Of a stretch of DNA of 64,000 nucleotides, positions 26,342 to 36,322 are shown piece after piece. Each line of letters starts with the position of its first letter. Within the stretch, counting starts at the first letter, position 1. Both the position numbers and the translations under genes were made by a program. The DNA is from Candidatus Eremiobacteria bacterium (GTDB lineage Bacteria; Vulcanimicrobiota; Vulcanimicrobiia; Vulcanimicrobiales; Vulcanimicrobiaceae): contig CAVTRC010000001.1 in the NCBI GenBank assembly GCA_963737065.1, forward strand, positions 704,001-768,000, in the 5' to 3' direction. The notes under the pieces were generated by a model. It ran no database searches and was not told the DNA's origin. It saw only the letters and a program-made list of their open reading frames with translations.

Positions 26342-28021
26342 CTACATTCCGGTATAAACCGGACCCTCGCCGCCTTGCGGCGGAACCCAGGTGATGATTT
26401 GATACGGGTCGGCAATGTCGCACGTCTTACAGTGCACGCAGTTCGTGAAGTTGATCTGCAAGCGCCCGTCGACTTTACCGCCGCCGTTCCCATCCTGAGC
26501 CTGTCGAAGAACGAACAGCGGTTCGTACACCGCGGCCGGACAGAAGTACGCGCACGGATTCCCGTACTCGACCGTGCAGCGGTCGCGGCAGATGTTCGTG
26601 TCGGCGACTTTCAGATGGCACGGCTGATCTTCTTCATGTATCGTGCCCGAGTTGTACACGTCGGTCAGTTTGTCGAACGTGAGCACGCTGTCGATCTTCG
26701 CGCGCGGCGTTTCTTTCGGCCTATACCCGGCTTTTTCCATGCGTTCGTAACCGGGCTTCTGCGAAAGTCTGTCGACAATGCCGAATGCGCGTCCGCGGGT
26801 GAACGTCGCAAGTCCTGCGTTAAAGACGCCGGCCCACATGCCGCGTTCAAAGCCTTGGTGGAAGTTCCGCGCGCTGCGCATCTCGGTGTATGCCCACGAG
26901 TTGCGAAAGCGTTCCTCGTACGCGGAGAGCGTCTTTGCATCATATGTGCCGGCTTGCAGGGCATCCCACGCGGTTTCTGCCGCCATCATCCCCGATTTCA
27001 TCGCGAGGTGCACGCCCTTCAAGCGCATACCGTTCAGGAATCCCGCCGAATCGCCCGCGATCATCAGTCCGTCGGCGTACGGACGAATCATCGCAAAGAA
27101 TCCACCTTCCGGAATCGCCTTGGCGCCGTAGCGAACCAGCTTTCCGCCCTCGAGCAGCTTACGAACATCGGGATGTTCCTTCATCCGCTGTAACTCGTTA
27201 TGCGGATCGGTCGTCGGGTTTTTATAATCGAGTCCCGTGACGTGTCCGATGTCGATGATCCGGTCCGCCATGCCATAAATGAAGCCGCCGCCGAACGTTT
27301 CCGGCGGCAACGGATATCCGAGCGTGTGAACGACGGTACCGGCGGGGAAACGATCGTCGGGGACTTGCCACAATTCTTTCACGCCCGCGGCATAGACCAT
27401 CGGCTCTTTCCCGGCATCGAGATCGAGGCGCGGAATCGCCTGCTTTGCAAGCGTGCCGCGCGGGCCTTCACCGAGAATCACGATCTTCGCGAGCAGATCG
27501 GCACCAGGTTCGTAGTTCGATTTCGGATTGCCGTCGTGATCGACGCCTTTGTCACCGGTACGCACCCCAATGACGCGATCGCCGTCCCAGAGCAACTCTT
27601 GTCCGGGAAATTCGCCGAACACTTGGATACCGAGTTCTTCCGCTTGCGCGGCCATCCACTTCGTTAACCGTTGCAGCGACGAAACGTACTTGCCATGATT
27701 GTTGAGCGGCGGCGGCGTGAACGGCGCTTTGATCTTGCCGCCTTTGGTAAGCAACCACATTTCATCGCGACCGACCGGCGCTTCAATCGGTGCACCCTTA
27801 TCGAGCCAGTCGGGGATCAGTTCCGCAATTGCGCGCGGATCGAGAACGAGGCCGGAGAGTCCGTGATTGCCGATCTCCGCGGCCTTCTCGATGACGAGGA
27901 TTTCGAGATCGCGGCCTGCGCTTTTCGCGAGTTGGCCGAGACGGATAGCACCGCCGAGGCTCGCCGGGCCGGCTCCTACGAAGAGAATATCGACTTCGAG
28001 TTGATCGCGCTGCGCTGCCAT
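26342..28021 (-). CDS. Electron transfer flavoprotein-ubiquinone oxidoreductase
   Basis: FAD motif VGAGPA, YGAKAIPEGG, KGVHLAMKSG and a C-terminal 4Fe-4S motif (FCPA...NCVHCKTCDI). Confidence 0.92.
   Translation of the reverse strand: MAAQRDQLEVDILFVGAGPASLGGAIRLGQLAKSAGRDLEILVIEKAAEIGNHGLSGLVLDPRAIAELIPDWLDKGAPIEAPVGRDEMWLLTKGGKIKAPFTPPPLNNHGKYVSSLQRLTKWMAAQAEELGIQVFGEFPGQELLWDGDRVIGVRTGDKGVDHDGNPKSNYEPGADLLAKIVILGEGPRGTLAKQAIPRLDLDAGKEPMVYAAGVKELWQVPDDRFPAGTVVHTLGYPLPPETFGGGFIYGMADRIIDIGHVTGLDYKNPTTDPHNELQRMKEHPDVRKLLEGGKLVRYGAKAIPEGGFFAMIRPYADGLMIAGDSAGFLNGMRLKGVHLAMKSGMMAAETAWDALQAGTYDAKTLSAYEERFRNSWAYTEMRSARNFHQGFERGMWAGVFNAGLATFTRGRAFGIVDRLSQKPGYERMEKAGYRPKETPRAKIDSVLTFDKLTDVYNSGTIHEEDQPCHLKVADTNICRDRCTVEYGNPCAYFCPAAVYEPLFVLRQAQDGNGGGKVDGRLQINFTNCVHCKTCDIADPYQIITWVPPQGGEGPVYTGM
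26491..26515 (-). repeat. Short REP-like element embedded in frame in ETF-QO (encodes FVLRQAQD)
   Basis: Minus strand TTCGT-TC-TTCGACAGGCTCA-GG-ATG matches the intergenic copy at 51610-51634. Confidence 0.6.
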
Positions 28022-28084
28022 GGCGCACCCTTTCGAGCTACGTCAAAATCTATCATTTCATGGAAGTCTGAGAGCGCGACGACG

Positions 28085-28759
28085 CTATCGCAACGAGGCG
28101 ATCGCCGCTTGCACCATGCAAACGTGCGCGCGTACGCGCGCATCGAGCGCGTCGCGTGCCGCTGTCTCTAACGTCAGCACGTGGGCGGCCGCGCCGCGGC
28201 GCAACAGCAGCGATAACGACAGACCGCCTAAGAGCTGTGCTTCTTCGAGAGCATCCGGTCGCAAACACCGCGGGGCAATGCGTTCGCCGATTACGCCATC
28301 TCCGTACTCGTAGCAGTACGTCTCCTGCGCTTCGTCGTCTTCATGCAAATCGAGCGCAAGCACGAATTTGCGATCGCGGTTGGACATAACGATTGCGCGC
28401 GCTTCCGGTGAAGTGCCACCGCGCGCAAACGTGCGATTGATGTCGACGCCCTCGCCGCTCGTGCGCGTTCGGGCATCGAATCCGGTCGGATTCGTGCAAG
28501 GCCAGATTCGATACGAGAATGCGTCATCGAGTGCGCGGTTTTCCACGAGTTGGAGCAGCGCAAGCACGCCGGCCGGTTCGTCTCCGTGAACGCCCGCGCT
28601 AAGATGAATCGACCGCGCTGCTGCATCGCCGAGTTCGGCGCAGAGCAATGTGCGCGGCGCACCGGCGCATGCTACTTCTCGCACGCGAACGTCATGTGAG
28701 CTGCGCAGGTTTTTCCAGCGCTGCGCAACTTCGCGGTAGGTGGGCAGCAAGACCGACAT
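28085..28759 (-). CDS. M14 family metallopeptidase (succinylglutamate desuccinylase/aspartoacylase-like)
   Basis: AGVHGDEPAG, NPTGF, DINRTF and LDLHED motifs. Confidence 0.85.
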   Translation of the reverse strand: MSVLLPTYREVAQRWKNLRSSHDVRVREVACAGAPRTLLCAELGDAAARSIHLSAGVHGDEPAGVLALLQLVENRALDDAFSYRIWPCTNPTGFDARTRTSGEGVDINRTFARGGTSPEARAIVMSNRDRKFVLALDLHEDDEAQETYCYEYGDGVIGERIAPRCLRPDALEEAQLLGGLSLSLLLRRGAAAHVLTLETAARDALDARVRAHVCMVQAAIASLR

Positions 28760-28773
28760 AAACACACCCCTCC

Positions 28774-29391
28774 ATGAAAATCCAGGTCGGCGTGATGGGT
28801 TCAGCCGGCGGCCCGATCAGCGCTCGTGAACTCGAACTTTCCCGGCGTCTCGGGCGGCACATCGCGGAACGGGGCGCAACGATCGTCACCGGCGCATGTC
28901 CGGGGTTGCCGCACGCCGCCGTCATCGGTGCGCACGAACGCGGAGGCGACAGCCTCGGCGTTTCGCCCGCGCTCTCGCGCGAGGAACATGTGAACGTGTA
29001 CGGCTCACCGCTGCAGCCGTACACGACGATCGTCTTTACCGGTTCCGGGTTGATGGGGCGCGAGACGCACAACATTCATAGTTCCGACTTCGTCCTCTTC
29101 GTCGGTGGCCGAAGCGGAACACTCGGTGAGTTCTGCATCGCGTACGACGAAGGCAAATTGATCGGCGTGCTCACGAACTCCGGCGGAATTTCGAACGAAT
29201 TCGAACGTATTGCGGGCATCGTACGCAAAGAAACGGGATCGATCATCATCACCGACGACGATCCCGAAGGCCTGGTTGACCGCTGTATGGATTTATATTT
29301 ACGCTCTGCGATCCCATCGTCAGTGGCCTTCAATCGAACGGCCGAATTCCCACTTCGCACACCAAGAGTAACGCAGGAGACCCGTGGCTGA
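28774..29391 (+). CDS. SLOG/LOG family protein (TIGR00725-like)
   Basis: VGVMGS, VTGACPG and GGRSGTLGEF motifs. Confidence 0.8.
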   Translation: MKIQVGVMGSAGGPISARELELSRRLGRHIAERGATIVTGACPGLPHAAVIGAHERGGDSLGVSPALSREEHVNVYGSPLQPYTTIVFTGSGLMGRETHNIHSSDFVLFVGGRSGTLGEFCIAYDEGKLIGVLTNSGGISNEFERIAGIVRKETGSIIITDDDPEGLVDRCMDLYLRSAIPSSVAFNRTAEFPLRTPRVTQETRG

Positions 29392-30742
29392 GCTAACATT
29401 CGTCGGCGCTGCGGGGACGGTTACCGGCAGCAAACATCTTCTGACCATCGACGGAAAGCATCTCTTCGTCGACTGCGGTCTCTTTCAAGGCGTCGTCGAC
29501 GTGCGGACGCTCAACGACGTTCCGCTTCCCGTCCCGGCTCGCGACATCGCCGCGGTGGTTCTCACGCACGGGCACCTCGATCACGTCGGATTCTTGCCGC
29601 GCCTCGTTCACGAAGGTTTCGACGGCCCGATTTACTGTACGCCGCCGACGCAAGCCGTCATGGGTATCGTGCTTGACGACGCAGCGCATCTGCAGCAAGA
29701 GTTACAAGAGCGCGGTTTTGGGCACCAGCGTCCGTATGCACCGCCGGTGTACTACGATGAACGCGACGTCGAACGCGCAAAGCAGTGTGCGGTCGCCCGT
29801 GACCTTCACAATTCGTTTGACGTCGCAGGCGTGGCGAATGCGACGTATTTCAATGCGGGTCACATCTTAGGGTCCGCATTCGTCGCGCTTGAATTCGAGG
29901 GCAAGCGCGTCGTCTTTTCCGGGGATCTCGGCCGTTATAATCGTCCGCTGCTCTTCGATCCGGAACCGCTCGGGGCGGCCGACGACATCATCTGCGAATC
30001 GACGTACGCCGACCGCGTCCACCCGCCCGATGCGCTCGACGATTTCCGCGCGGCCCTGACGTCGGCGATCGAGCGCGGCGGCGCGATCGTCATCCCCGCG
30101 TTCGCGATCGAGCGTTCTCAAGATATTCTGCTTGCGATTGCGACGCTGCAATCGCGTGACGCGAAGATTGCATCCGTGCCCGTTCATTTGGATAGTCCGA
30201 TGGCGGAGAAGGTCGACGACGTCTTCGAAGCTTTTCCGAACGCGCACAAACCGATCCCGAACGATTCCGCCGCGCATCCGTTCGGGGTGAGAAATCTTAC
30301 GGTGCACGTTAGCGCGGAAGAGTCGAAACAACTCAATCACCTCAACGGCCCGCACATCATCGTATCGTCAAGCGGCATGGCGTCGGGCGGACGTATCTTG
30401 CATCACCTGCACAACCACCTGAGCGACGAAAATTCGACGATCGTGTTCACGGGATATCAAAGCGCCGGAACGCTCGGATACATGCTTACGCACGGCGCGC
30501 ACACGGTTCATCTCTACGGCGACAACCTGCCCGTTCGCGCGAATATCGTGCAGCTGAGCGGCTTTAGCGGCCATGCCGATCGCGACGAACTCAAGCGTTG
30601 GTTGGAGACATGCACGTCGAAGCCGCACCTCTACGCGGTGCACGGCGAAGCGCAATCGGCGGCGGCGCTTGCGGCAATCGCCGACGCTGCGCTGGGATGG
30701 GATGCCGAGGTTGCGCGCCGGGGGATGACCGTAACGCTATGA
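29384..30742 (+). CDS. MBL-fold metallo-hydrolase, beta-CASP RNase family
   Basis: GAAGTVTGS, DCGLFQG, THGHLDH, AGHILGS, ESTY, FSGHAD and VHGE motifs. Confidence 0.92.
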   Translation: MAELTFVGAAGTVTGSKHLLTIDGKHLFVDCGLFQGVVDVRTLNDVPLPVPARDIAAVVLTHGHLDHVGFLPRLVHEGFDGPIYCTPPTQAVMGIVLDDAAHLQQELQERGFGHQRPYAPPVYYDERDVERAKQCAVARDLHNSFDVAGVANATYFNAGHILGSAFVALEFEGKRVVFSGDLGRYNRPLLFDPEPLGAADDIICESTYADRVHPPDALDDFRAALTSAIERGGAIVIPAFAIERSQDILLAIATLQSRDAKIASVPVHLDSPMAEKVDDVFEAFPNAHKPIPNDSAAHPFGVRNLTVHVSAEESKQLNHLNGPHIIVSSSGMASGGRILHHLHNHLSDENSTIVFTGYQSAGTLGYMLTHGAHTVHLYGDNLPVRANIVQLSGFSGHADRDELKRWLETCTSKPHLYAVHGEAQSAAALAAIADAALGWDAEVARRGMTVTL

Positions 30743-31769
30743 GCCGCAGCTTTGCGAGCGATAACACCGCGCCGATTGCGCCGGAGATCCTCCAAGCGAT
30801 CGTCGACGCGAACGACGGTGATGCGGTCGGCTACGGACACGATCCGCTGACCGCGCGCGCAACCGAGTGTTTTCGCGCCGAGTTCGGTGCCGGAACCGCG
30901 CGTCTATTTCATGTTGAACGGAACAGGTGCAAACGTCGCCGCGCTCAGCTGCCTCGTGAAGCCATGGGAAGCAGTGCTCGCTCCGTCTACTGCACATCTG
31001 CAAACCGACGAATGCGGCGCGTTCGAACGCTTCACGGGCTCAAAGGTTGTACCGATCGCGACCCCCGACGGCAAACTCCGGCCTGCCGATCTAGAACCGT
31101 ACCTGCGCGCGGAGCGCGACGAACACTTTCCGCAACCGCGCGTCGTGACCGTCTCGCAAACGACCGAGTACGGCGACCTGTACGAGCCGGACGAACTGCG
31201 CGAACTCTGTCGCTTTGCGCACGAGCACGGACTGCTCGTCCACGTCGACGGCGCGCGCATTGCAAATGCGGCAGCAGCTCTGAGCAGCACGCCTCGCGCA
31301 ATTACCAAAGACGTCGGCGTCGACGTACTGAGTTTCGGCGGGACGAAGAACGGCTTGATGCTCGGCGAGGCCGCATGCTTCTTCAATCCCGAGCTCGGCG
31401 CCGAAGCGATGCCGTTCGCGCGGAAACAGGCCATGCAACTGCCGTCGAAGATGCGCTACATCGCCGCACAATTCGAAGCGCTGCTGAGCGGGGATCGCTG
31501 GCTGAAATACGCGTCGCACGCCAACAAAATGGCGCAGCGCCTGCTCGCCGGCGTACGCAACATCGCCGGGCATCGAAGTAACGCGCCCCGTGCGCGCGAA
31601 CGCAATCTTCGCGAAGATGGAACGCGCCGCAATCGCACGCGCGCAGGAGCAGTTCTTCTTCTACATCTTCGACCAGTCGGTTCCCGAAGTGCGCTGGATG
31701 ACGCACTGGGCGACGACCGAAGCGGACGTCGATGCATTCGTCGCAGCGCTTCGCGACGCGACCGGATAA
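30739..31769 (+). CDS. ltaE: Low-specificity L-threonine aldolase family PLP enzyme, split by two +1 frameshifts
   Basis: MSRSFASDN..., shift at ~30890, NGTGAN...HVDGAR...SFGGTKNG..., shift at ~31570 (GCCGGGCATC), IEVTRPVRANAIF...RWMTHWATTEADVD*. Confidence 0.85.
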
Positions 31770-32245
31770 CGCGAACGCATTTGTGTCGTCCGCGCGTCTT
31801 ATTTCGAATCGTTTCGTGGAGGCTTCTCGCATTGCCGCGCCTTGAAAATCCGCTCACGCACCGAGCCGCGCAACGGGCGTCAGTTACGAGAGAACCTTCA
31901 TCGCTAAGATCCGCGTGCAGCCGGGCGTAGCGCCGTCGCGCGCGACTTGCAATGCAAAAACGTCGATTCAATCGCGGAGCACCATGCCGTGCTGCGGCGG
32001 AGCGAGCTGAAATTCATGTGCGAGCAGGTCTAATCGACGACAGGAAGGCGCCGGCTCGACGATGTTTTGCCGAAATTACGGCGGCTACGAGCGCGAATGT
32101 CCCCGCATTGGTGGACGTTCGTTGGCTAAGTCAAAAACGTCCGCTAACCGAGCAGCATGAGTCGTCCCCGAAACCGCGTCAGAGAGGTGCAGAATGTCAT
32201 CTGCAAGAGAACTGTGCGCGTTTCAGAACTACAAGAAAATTTGGT

Positions 32246-32779
32246 TCAATGAGTAACGATTATTGTGATGGTATTTGATGGGTTGAGAAAACCAACGCTG
32301 CCATTACCAAGAAAGATCGGTGCAGTTGTTACCTGTACGCTGTAGGTGCCTGGAGCGTTTATTTGAACGAAGTCTTCAAGGTTTAAATGTCTGATGATCG
32401 CCTCACCGGGCTTGATCGGAAAGCCACTAGCGGAAGACGAGAAGGATTCCCCCTTCACGACTGGTTCCGGTCGCGGCGCTACAATGGCATTGCTTTCGGA
32501 CCGCCTAACGGTGAATCGAAATCTATTTGCACTCACCGTGTCCGCATGTAGAACTCCGCTTGTGATGTTTCTGTACTCAACGACAAGACGAATCGGTTGA
32601 CCCAAGCGAATTGTGGTGTCCGGTGCGTAGAGAGAAACAGCAAACCCTAGGCGCTGTGCGCCCGCTGGGTTTTGCGTAGCTGGAACTGCAGCATCGGCGA
32701 CGTACCCGCGTATAGCCCTTGCAACGAGAAGCGCGAGAAGAAACGCAATTGTGGGCACGCGAGCCATTCTTCTAACCAT
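32246..32779 (-). CDS. Secreted hypothetical protein, Ig-like beta-sandwich, visibly lower GC
   Basis: Signal-like FLLALLVA, then YRNIT...PGE...PGTYSV pattern. Start uncertain. Confidence 0.55.
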   Translation of the reverse strand: MVRRMARVPTIAFLLALLVARAIRGYVADAAVPATQNPAGAQRLGFAVSLYAPDTTIRLGQPIRLVVEYRNITSGVLHADTVSANRFRFTVRRSESNAIVAPRPEPVVKGESFSSSASGFPIKPGEAIIRHLNLEDFVQINAPGTYSVQVTTAPIFLGNGSVGFLNPSNTITIIVTH

Positions 32780-32929
32780 TAGTAAACTCACAGTCCCATG
32801 TGGGAAGCGTGCTGGTTTGAATGAGAGATGCCGGGAAGGACGTAACGACATTTTGCGCGGAGCCCCATACACCATTACCCTGCGAAGCGCCGTGGCGGTC
32901 GCAATGTCCGTTACGAACGCGAGCGCCGA

Positions 32930-33265
32930 TCAGAATACGAAGTCATAGAAGTACCGGCCGCCGACAGGCGAGCACGATTGCGTTTCCGGTGTAAAGACGG
33001 TCGCGCGAGCAACTTGCAGTGCGACGGCGTCGACAATCGCGTCGCCGCTAGGCTGGGCGAGGGCGACCTGCGCCGGCCGTGCAAGATTCGGATCGATCGT
33101 GATTATTAATCTGGCCGTGCCGTGTTCACCGTATGCAAGAAGAATCGGGGGAAGCGTCGCGGGCTGAACACCCACGATGGCGGGCGTATCGGGCTGCGCA
33201 CACGCTGCGCCGTTCGCGGCCATCATTGATGTGCCCATGAGGAGGGCAAGTCCGAGCGTCAACAT
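32930..33265 (-). CDS. Small secreted TonB C-terminal domain protein
   Basis: Signal peptide, GTARLIITID, PSGDAIVDAVALQVARATVFTP and a Cys pair. AAGGA RBS. Confidence 0.65.
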   Translation of the reverse strand: MLTLGLALLMGTSMMAANGAACAQPDTPAIVGVQPATLPPILLAYGEHGTARLIITIDPNLARPAQVALAQPSGDAIVDAVALQVARATVFTPETQSCSPVGGRYFYDFVF

Positions 33266-33467
33266 TGAACTGTCCTTTCTATCGCGTAGTGACCTCCATC
33301 GCACGGGTCCGCGCGTGCAGCGCAGGCCCATCTCCACTCGAACGCCATCATCGTAACGCGGCGACGATAAACGCGCATCAACGAACGTTCCAAAAAGAAT
33401 CAAAATGTCAGACGCGCGTCTCAACAACCGTTAAGTGTCACGGACGCTGGTAGAATCGTTGGAATCC

Positions 33468-34706
33468 TTACGCGGTCCACTCCAACATTCGTTCCCATTC
33501 GGGCTTCGGGAAGCGCTGTTTTGATTTAATCGCTTCGACGTACTTGCGTTTTCCGGCGCGGTTGCCCTTACCCAGCATGATCCCGCCGACGAGACGGTCG
33601 TCCCAAAAGAACAGCGCGCGATACCACTTCTTCTCGCGGTCGATCTTGCGCACCATCTCGAGTTGCGGTTGCAGGTCGGGAGAGAGACCGAACTGCGTGA
33701 TCGTCTGGCCCTTAAAGAGCAGCGACGAATATTCGGGCACGTCGTGATATTTTTCACTGCCGCCCATCATGTTCTGCGCGACGACCTTCCCGTGCGCGCC
33801 TGCGTTGTTCCACGTGCCCATCCGATAGCGCATCTCGAGAATCGGATCGTAGAAGTCCGCAACATCGCCCGCCGCAAAGATGCCCTTGACGTTCGTCTCC
33901 AGGTGATCGTCACAGAGAATGCCGTTGCGGCTCACTTCGATGTCCGTATCGCGCACGAGCTCCGTGTTCATTGTGAGACCGAATCCGACACCGTAGCAAT
34001 CGGCCGCGATCTCTAGCCCTCGTTTGGTGCGGACCTTCGTAACGACGCCGTTCGAGCGAACGAACTCCGCCACTTCATCGCCGTAGTGCATCTGCACGCC
34101 GTCGTTCTCCGCCGCGTCGTGCACGAATTCGCCCGCCACGTCGTCGAGAAGGCGATGCAGCACGCGCGGTCCTCGCAACAGCCAATGCGTCTCGACCTTA
34201 CGCGCGGCGAAAGCTTCAGCGAGTTCGTACGCGATGAACGACCCGCCGATTGCAACGGCCGCTTTCGACCGGTCGATCTGCTCGGAAATCGCGCGCGTGT
34301 CGTCAAGGTATTGAAAATTGTAAACGTTCGCTGCTTCGGTGCAGCCCGGCGCGGGACACGGATTCGGACGGCCGCCGGTCGCAATCAGTAGCGCGTCGAA
34401 CGGGTATTCGCGACCGTCGGCGACCACCGTGCGCTCGGTGGAGTTCACGCGGTCCACCCGCGTGCGCAGCCTCAGGTCGATCCGATGCTCTTCGTGCCAG
34501 GCAATGGTTCGCATCATCACCTTCTCTTCCGGCAGTTGCTTGCGCAACATCGGAGGCAGCGAGATGCGATTGTACAACGGATACGGTTCGTCACCGAAGA
34601 GCACGATCTCGCATGCGCCGTCATGCTTGCGAAGTTGTTCGGCGGCCGTCGTTCCGGCAAAGCCATTCCCCACGATGACATATCGCCGAGCGTCGGAATA
34701 CGGCAT
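33468..34706 (-). CDS. NAD(P)/FAD-dependent oxidoreductase (ferredoxin/rubredoxin reductase-like)
   Basis: IVGNGFAG, LIATGG, IGGSFIAYE and ETNVKGIFAAGDVA motifs. Confidence 0.88.
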   Translation of the reverse strand: MPYSDARRYVIVGNGFAGTTAAEQLRKHDGACEIVLFGDEPYPLYNRISLPPMLRKQLPEEKVMMRTIAWHEEHRIDLRLRTRVDRVNSTERTVVADGREYPFDALLIATGGRPNPCPAPGCTEAANVYNFQYLDDTRAISEQIDRSKAAVAIGGSFIAYELAEAFAARKVETHWLLRGPRVLHRLLDDVAGEFVHDAAENDGVQMHYGDEVAEFVRSNGVVTKVRTKRGLEIAADCYGVGFGLTMNTELVRDTDIEVSRNGILCDDHLETNVKGIFAAGDVADFYDPILEMRYRMGTWNNAGAHGKVVAQNMMGGSEKYHDVPEYSSLLFKGQTITQFGLSPDLQPQLEMVRKIDREKKWYRALFFWDDRLVGGIMLGKGNRAGKRKYVEAIKSKQRFPKPEWERMLEWTA

Positions 34707-34717
34707 AATAGCGCTAT

Positions 34718-35065
34718 ATGGACGTTCGGTTGGTGCAACTCCTGGGTTCGTTCATCCGCGCGCGCAGTGACTACGCGCTCGCGCGCCTCGAGTGCGCCAT
34801 GCTCGACGACGCCACGCCCGCGCCGCCGATGATCGATCGACTCGTCGACGCGTCCGAAACGACGCTACGCCTGCAGTGGCCGCTCGTCGAACGCCAACTC
34901 GAGCGCGCGCTGGAGTACGGCAAGTCACTTAGACGCACGAAGGAACGCACCTATCAGCGTGACCCGCGATATCGCGCGCTCGAACGATCGTTACGCGAAC
35001 TCGATCAGTACGCCCGCGCGATCCGCTGGGTGCTGACCGTTACGGAAAGCGAAGACCCGACATAG
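34718..35065 (+). CDS. Hypothetical helical protein
   Basis: 115 aa ORF filling the gap between convergent and divergent genes. Confidence 0.6.
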   Translation: MDVRLVQLLGSFIRARSDYALARLECAMLDDATPAPPMIDRLVDASETTLRLQWPLVERQLERALEYGKSLRRTKERTYQRDPRYRALERSLRELDQYARAIRWVLTVTESEDPT

Positions 35066-35073
35066 CAGCGCAA

Positions 35074-36240
35074 TCAGCCGTGTAACGCCAGGCCCGTCAT
35101 CATGCGAAACCCCACGTCGAGCGCGCGTTCGTCCATGTCGTAACGCGGGCTGTGCTGCGGTTCGTGTCCAAGCTGTGCGCCGCGTACGCCGACGATAAAG
35201 TACGCGCCCGGCCGCTGCTCGATCATGTACGACATATCTTCGGCCCACATGACGACGTCATGCGGATAGACCACATTCTCTTCGCCGATCGTACGAGCGG
35301 CGACGTCGCGAACGATTTCGTTCATTGCCGGATCGTTCACCGTCGGCGGGTAGCCCCAAACGTATTCGAATTCGTACCGCAGCCGCATCGCTTCGGCTAG
35401 TCCTGCCGTCATTCGCTCCAACCGCTGCGGAATCGAACGGCGCACGGCGTCTTCGAATGCGCGCGTTGTTCCGAGCATTTCTGCGTAGTCCGGAATGACG
35501 TTGAAGGTCGTGCCCGAGTGCATCGCGCCGACCGTTACGACGACGGGATCTTTCGGAGCGATCTCGCGACTCGCGATCGTTTGAAACATCGTGACGAGTT
35601 GCGAAGCGGCTACGATGGGATCGACCGACGTTTGCGGCATCGCGCCATGGCCGCCGTTGCCGCGTAAGACGAGTTTGAAACGATCGGAAGACGCAAAGAA
35701 GGGACCGTCGCGCACACCGATCTTTCCGACCTCGAGCCCGCTATAGAGGTGCAGCGCGAAGCAGCGATCGACATGCGGCTCCTCGAGCGCGCCGTCGTCG
35801 ATCATCGCTTTGTTGCCTGCCGGACCCTCTTCGGCCGGCTGAAAACAAAAGACGATCGTTCCCGCAATCCGATCGCGCATACGCGACAATGCTCGCGCGC
35901 TGCTCAAAAGAATCGCGACGTGTCCGTCGTGCCCGCAGGCGTGCATCGCGCCTTTGCGCGTCGAACGGTACGGGACGTCCGCCGTCTCGTCCATCGGCAA
36001 TGCGTCCATGTCGGCGCGTAAGAGGGTAACGGGGCCAGGACGTTTCCCGTTCAGCGTCGCGAGGACACCCGTTTTGCCCATGCCGGTGCGAATCTCGTCG
36101 AAGCCGCCGTCGCGCAGCTCGTGGACGATGAACGCAGCGGTTTCGTGCTCTTCAAACGAGAGCTCGGGATGCGCGTGAAAATGACGGCGATAACCGATGA
36201 GTTCTTCGCGCGGAACGTCGACGCCGGCTGTGCTCAACAT
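35074..36240 (-). CDS. M20 family amidohydrolase
   Basis: HAHPELSFEE, RADMDALP, MHACGHDGH, QPAEEG, GGHGA and HSPRY motifs. Confidence 0.92.
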   Translation of the reverse strand: MLSTAGVDVPREELIGYRRHFHAHPELSFEEHETAAFIVHELRDGGFDEIRTGMGKTGVLATLNGKRPGPVTLLRADMDALPMDETADVPYRSTRKGAMHACGHDGHVAILLSSARALSRMRDRIAGTIVFCFQPAEEGPAGNKAMIDDGALEEPHVDRCFALHLYSGLEVGKIGVRDGPFFASSDRFKLVLRGNGGHGAMPQTSVDPIVAASQLVTMFQTIASREIAPKDPVVVTVGAMHSGTTFNVIPDYAEMLGTTRAFEDAVRRSIPQRLERMTAGLAEAMRLRYEFEYVWGYPPTVNDPAMNEIVRDVAARTIGEENVVYPHDVVMWAEDMSYMIEQRPGAYFIVGVRGAQLGHEPQHSPRYDMDERALDVGFRMMTGLALHG

Positions 36241-36322
36241 CGCTGCGGTATTACGCCTCCATATCGTCGGCACCTAGAGAAAGGCGATTGCCGTCAACAT
36301 GCCGCGGCAGTACCATAGCGGA

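Noticed and set aside
30598..31930. Two separate long ORFs (30598..31581 and 30887..31930)
   Set aside because: Both are fragments of one frameshifted threonine aldolase gene.
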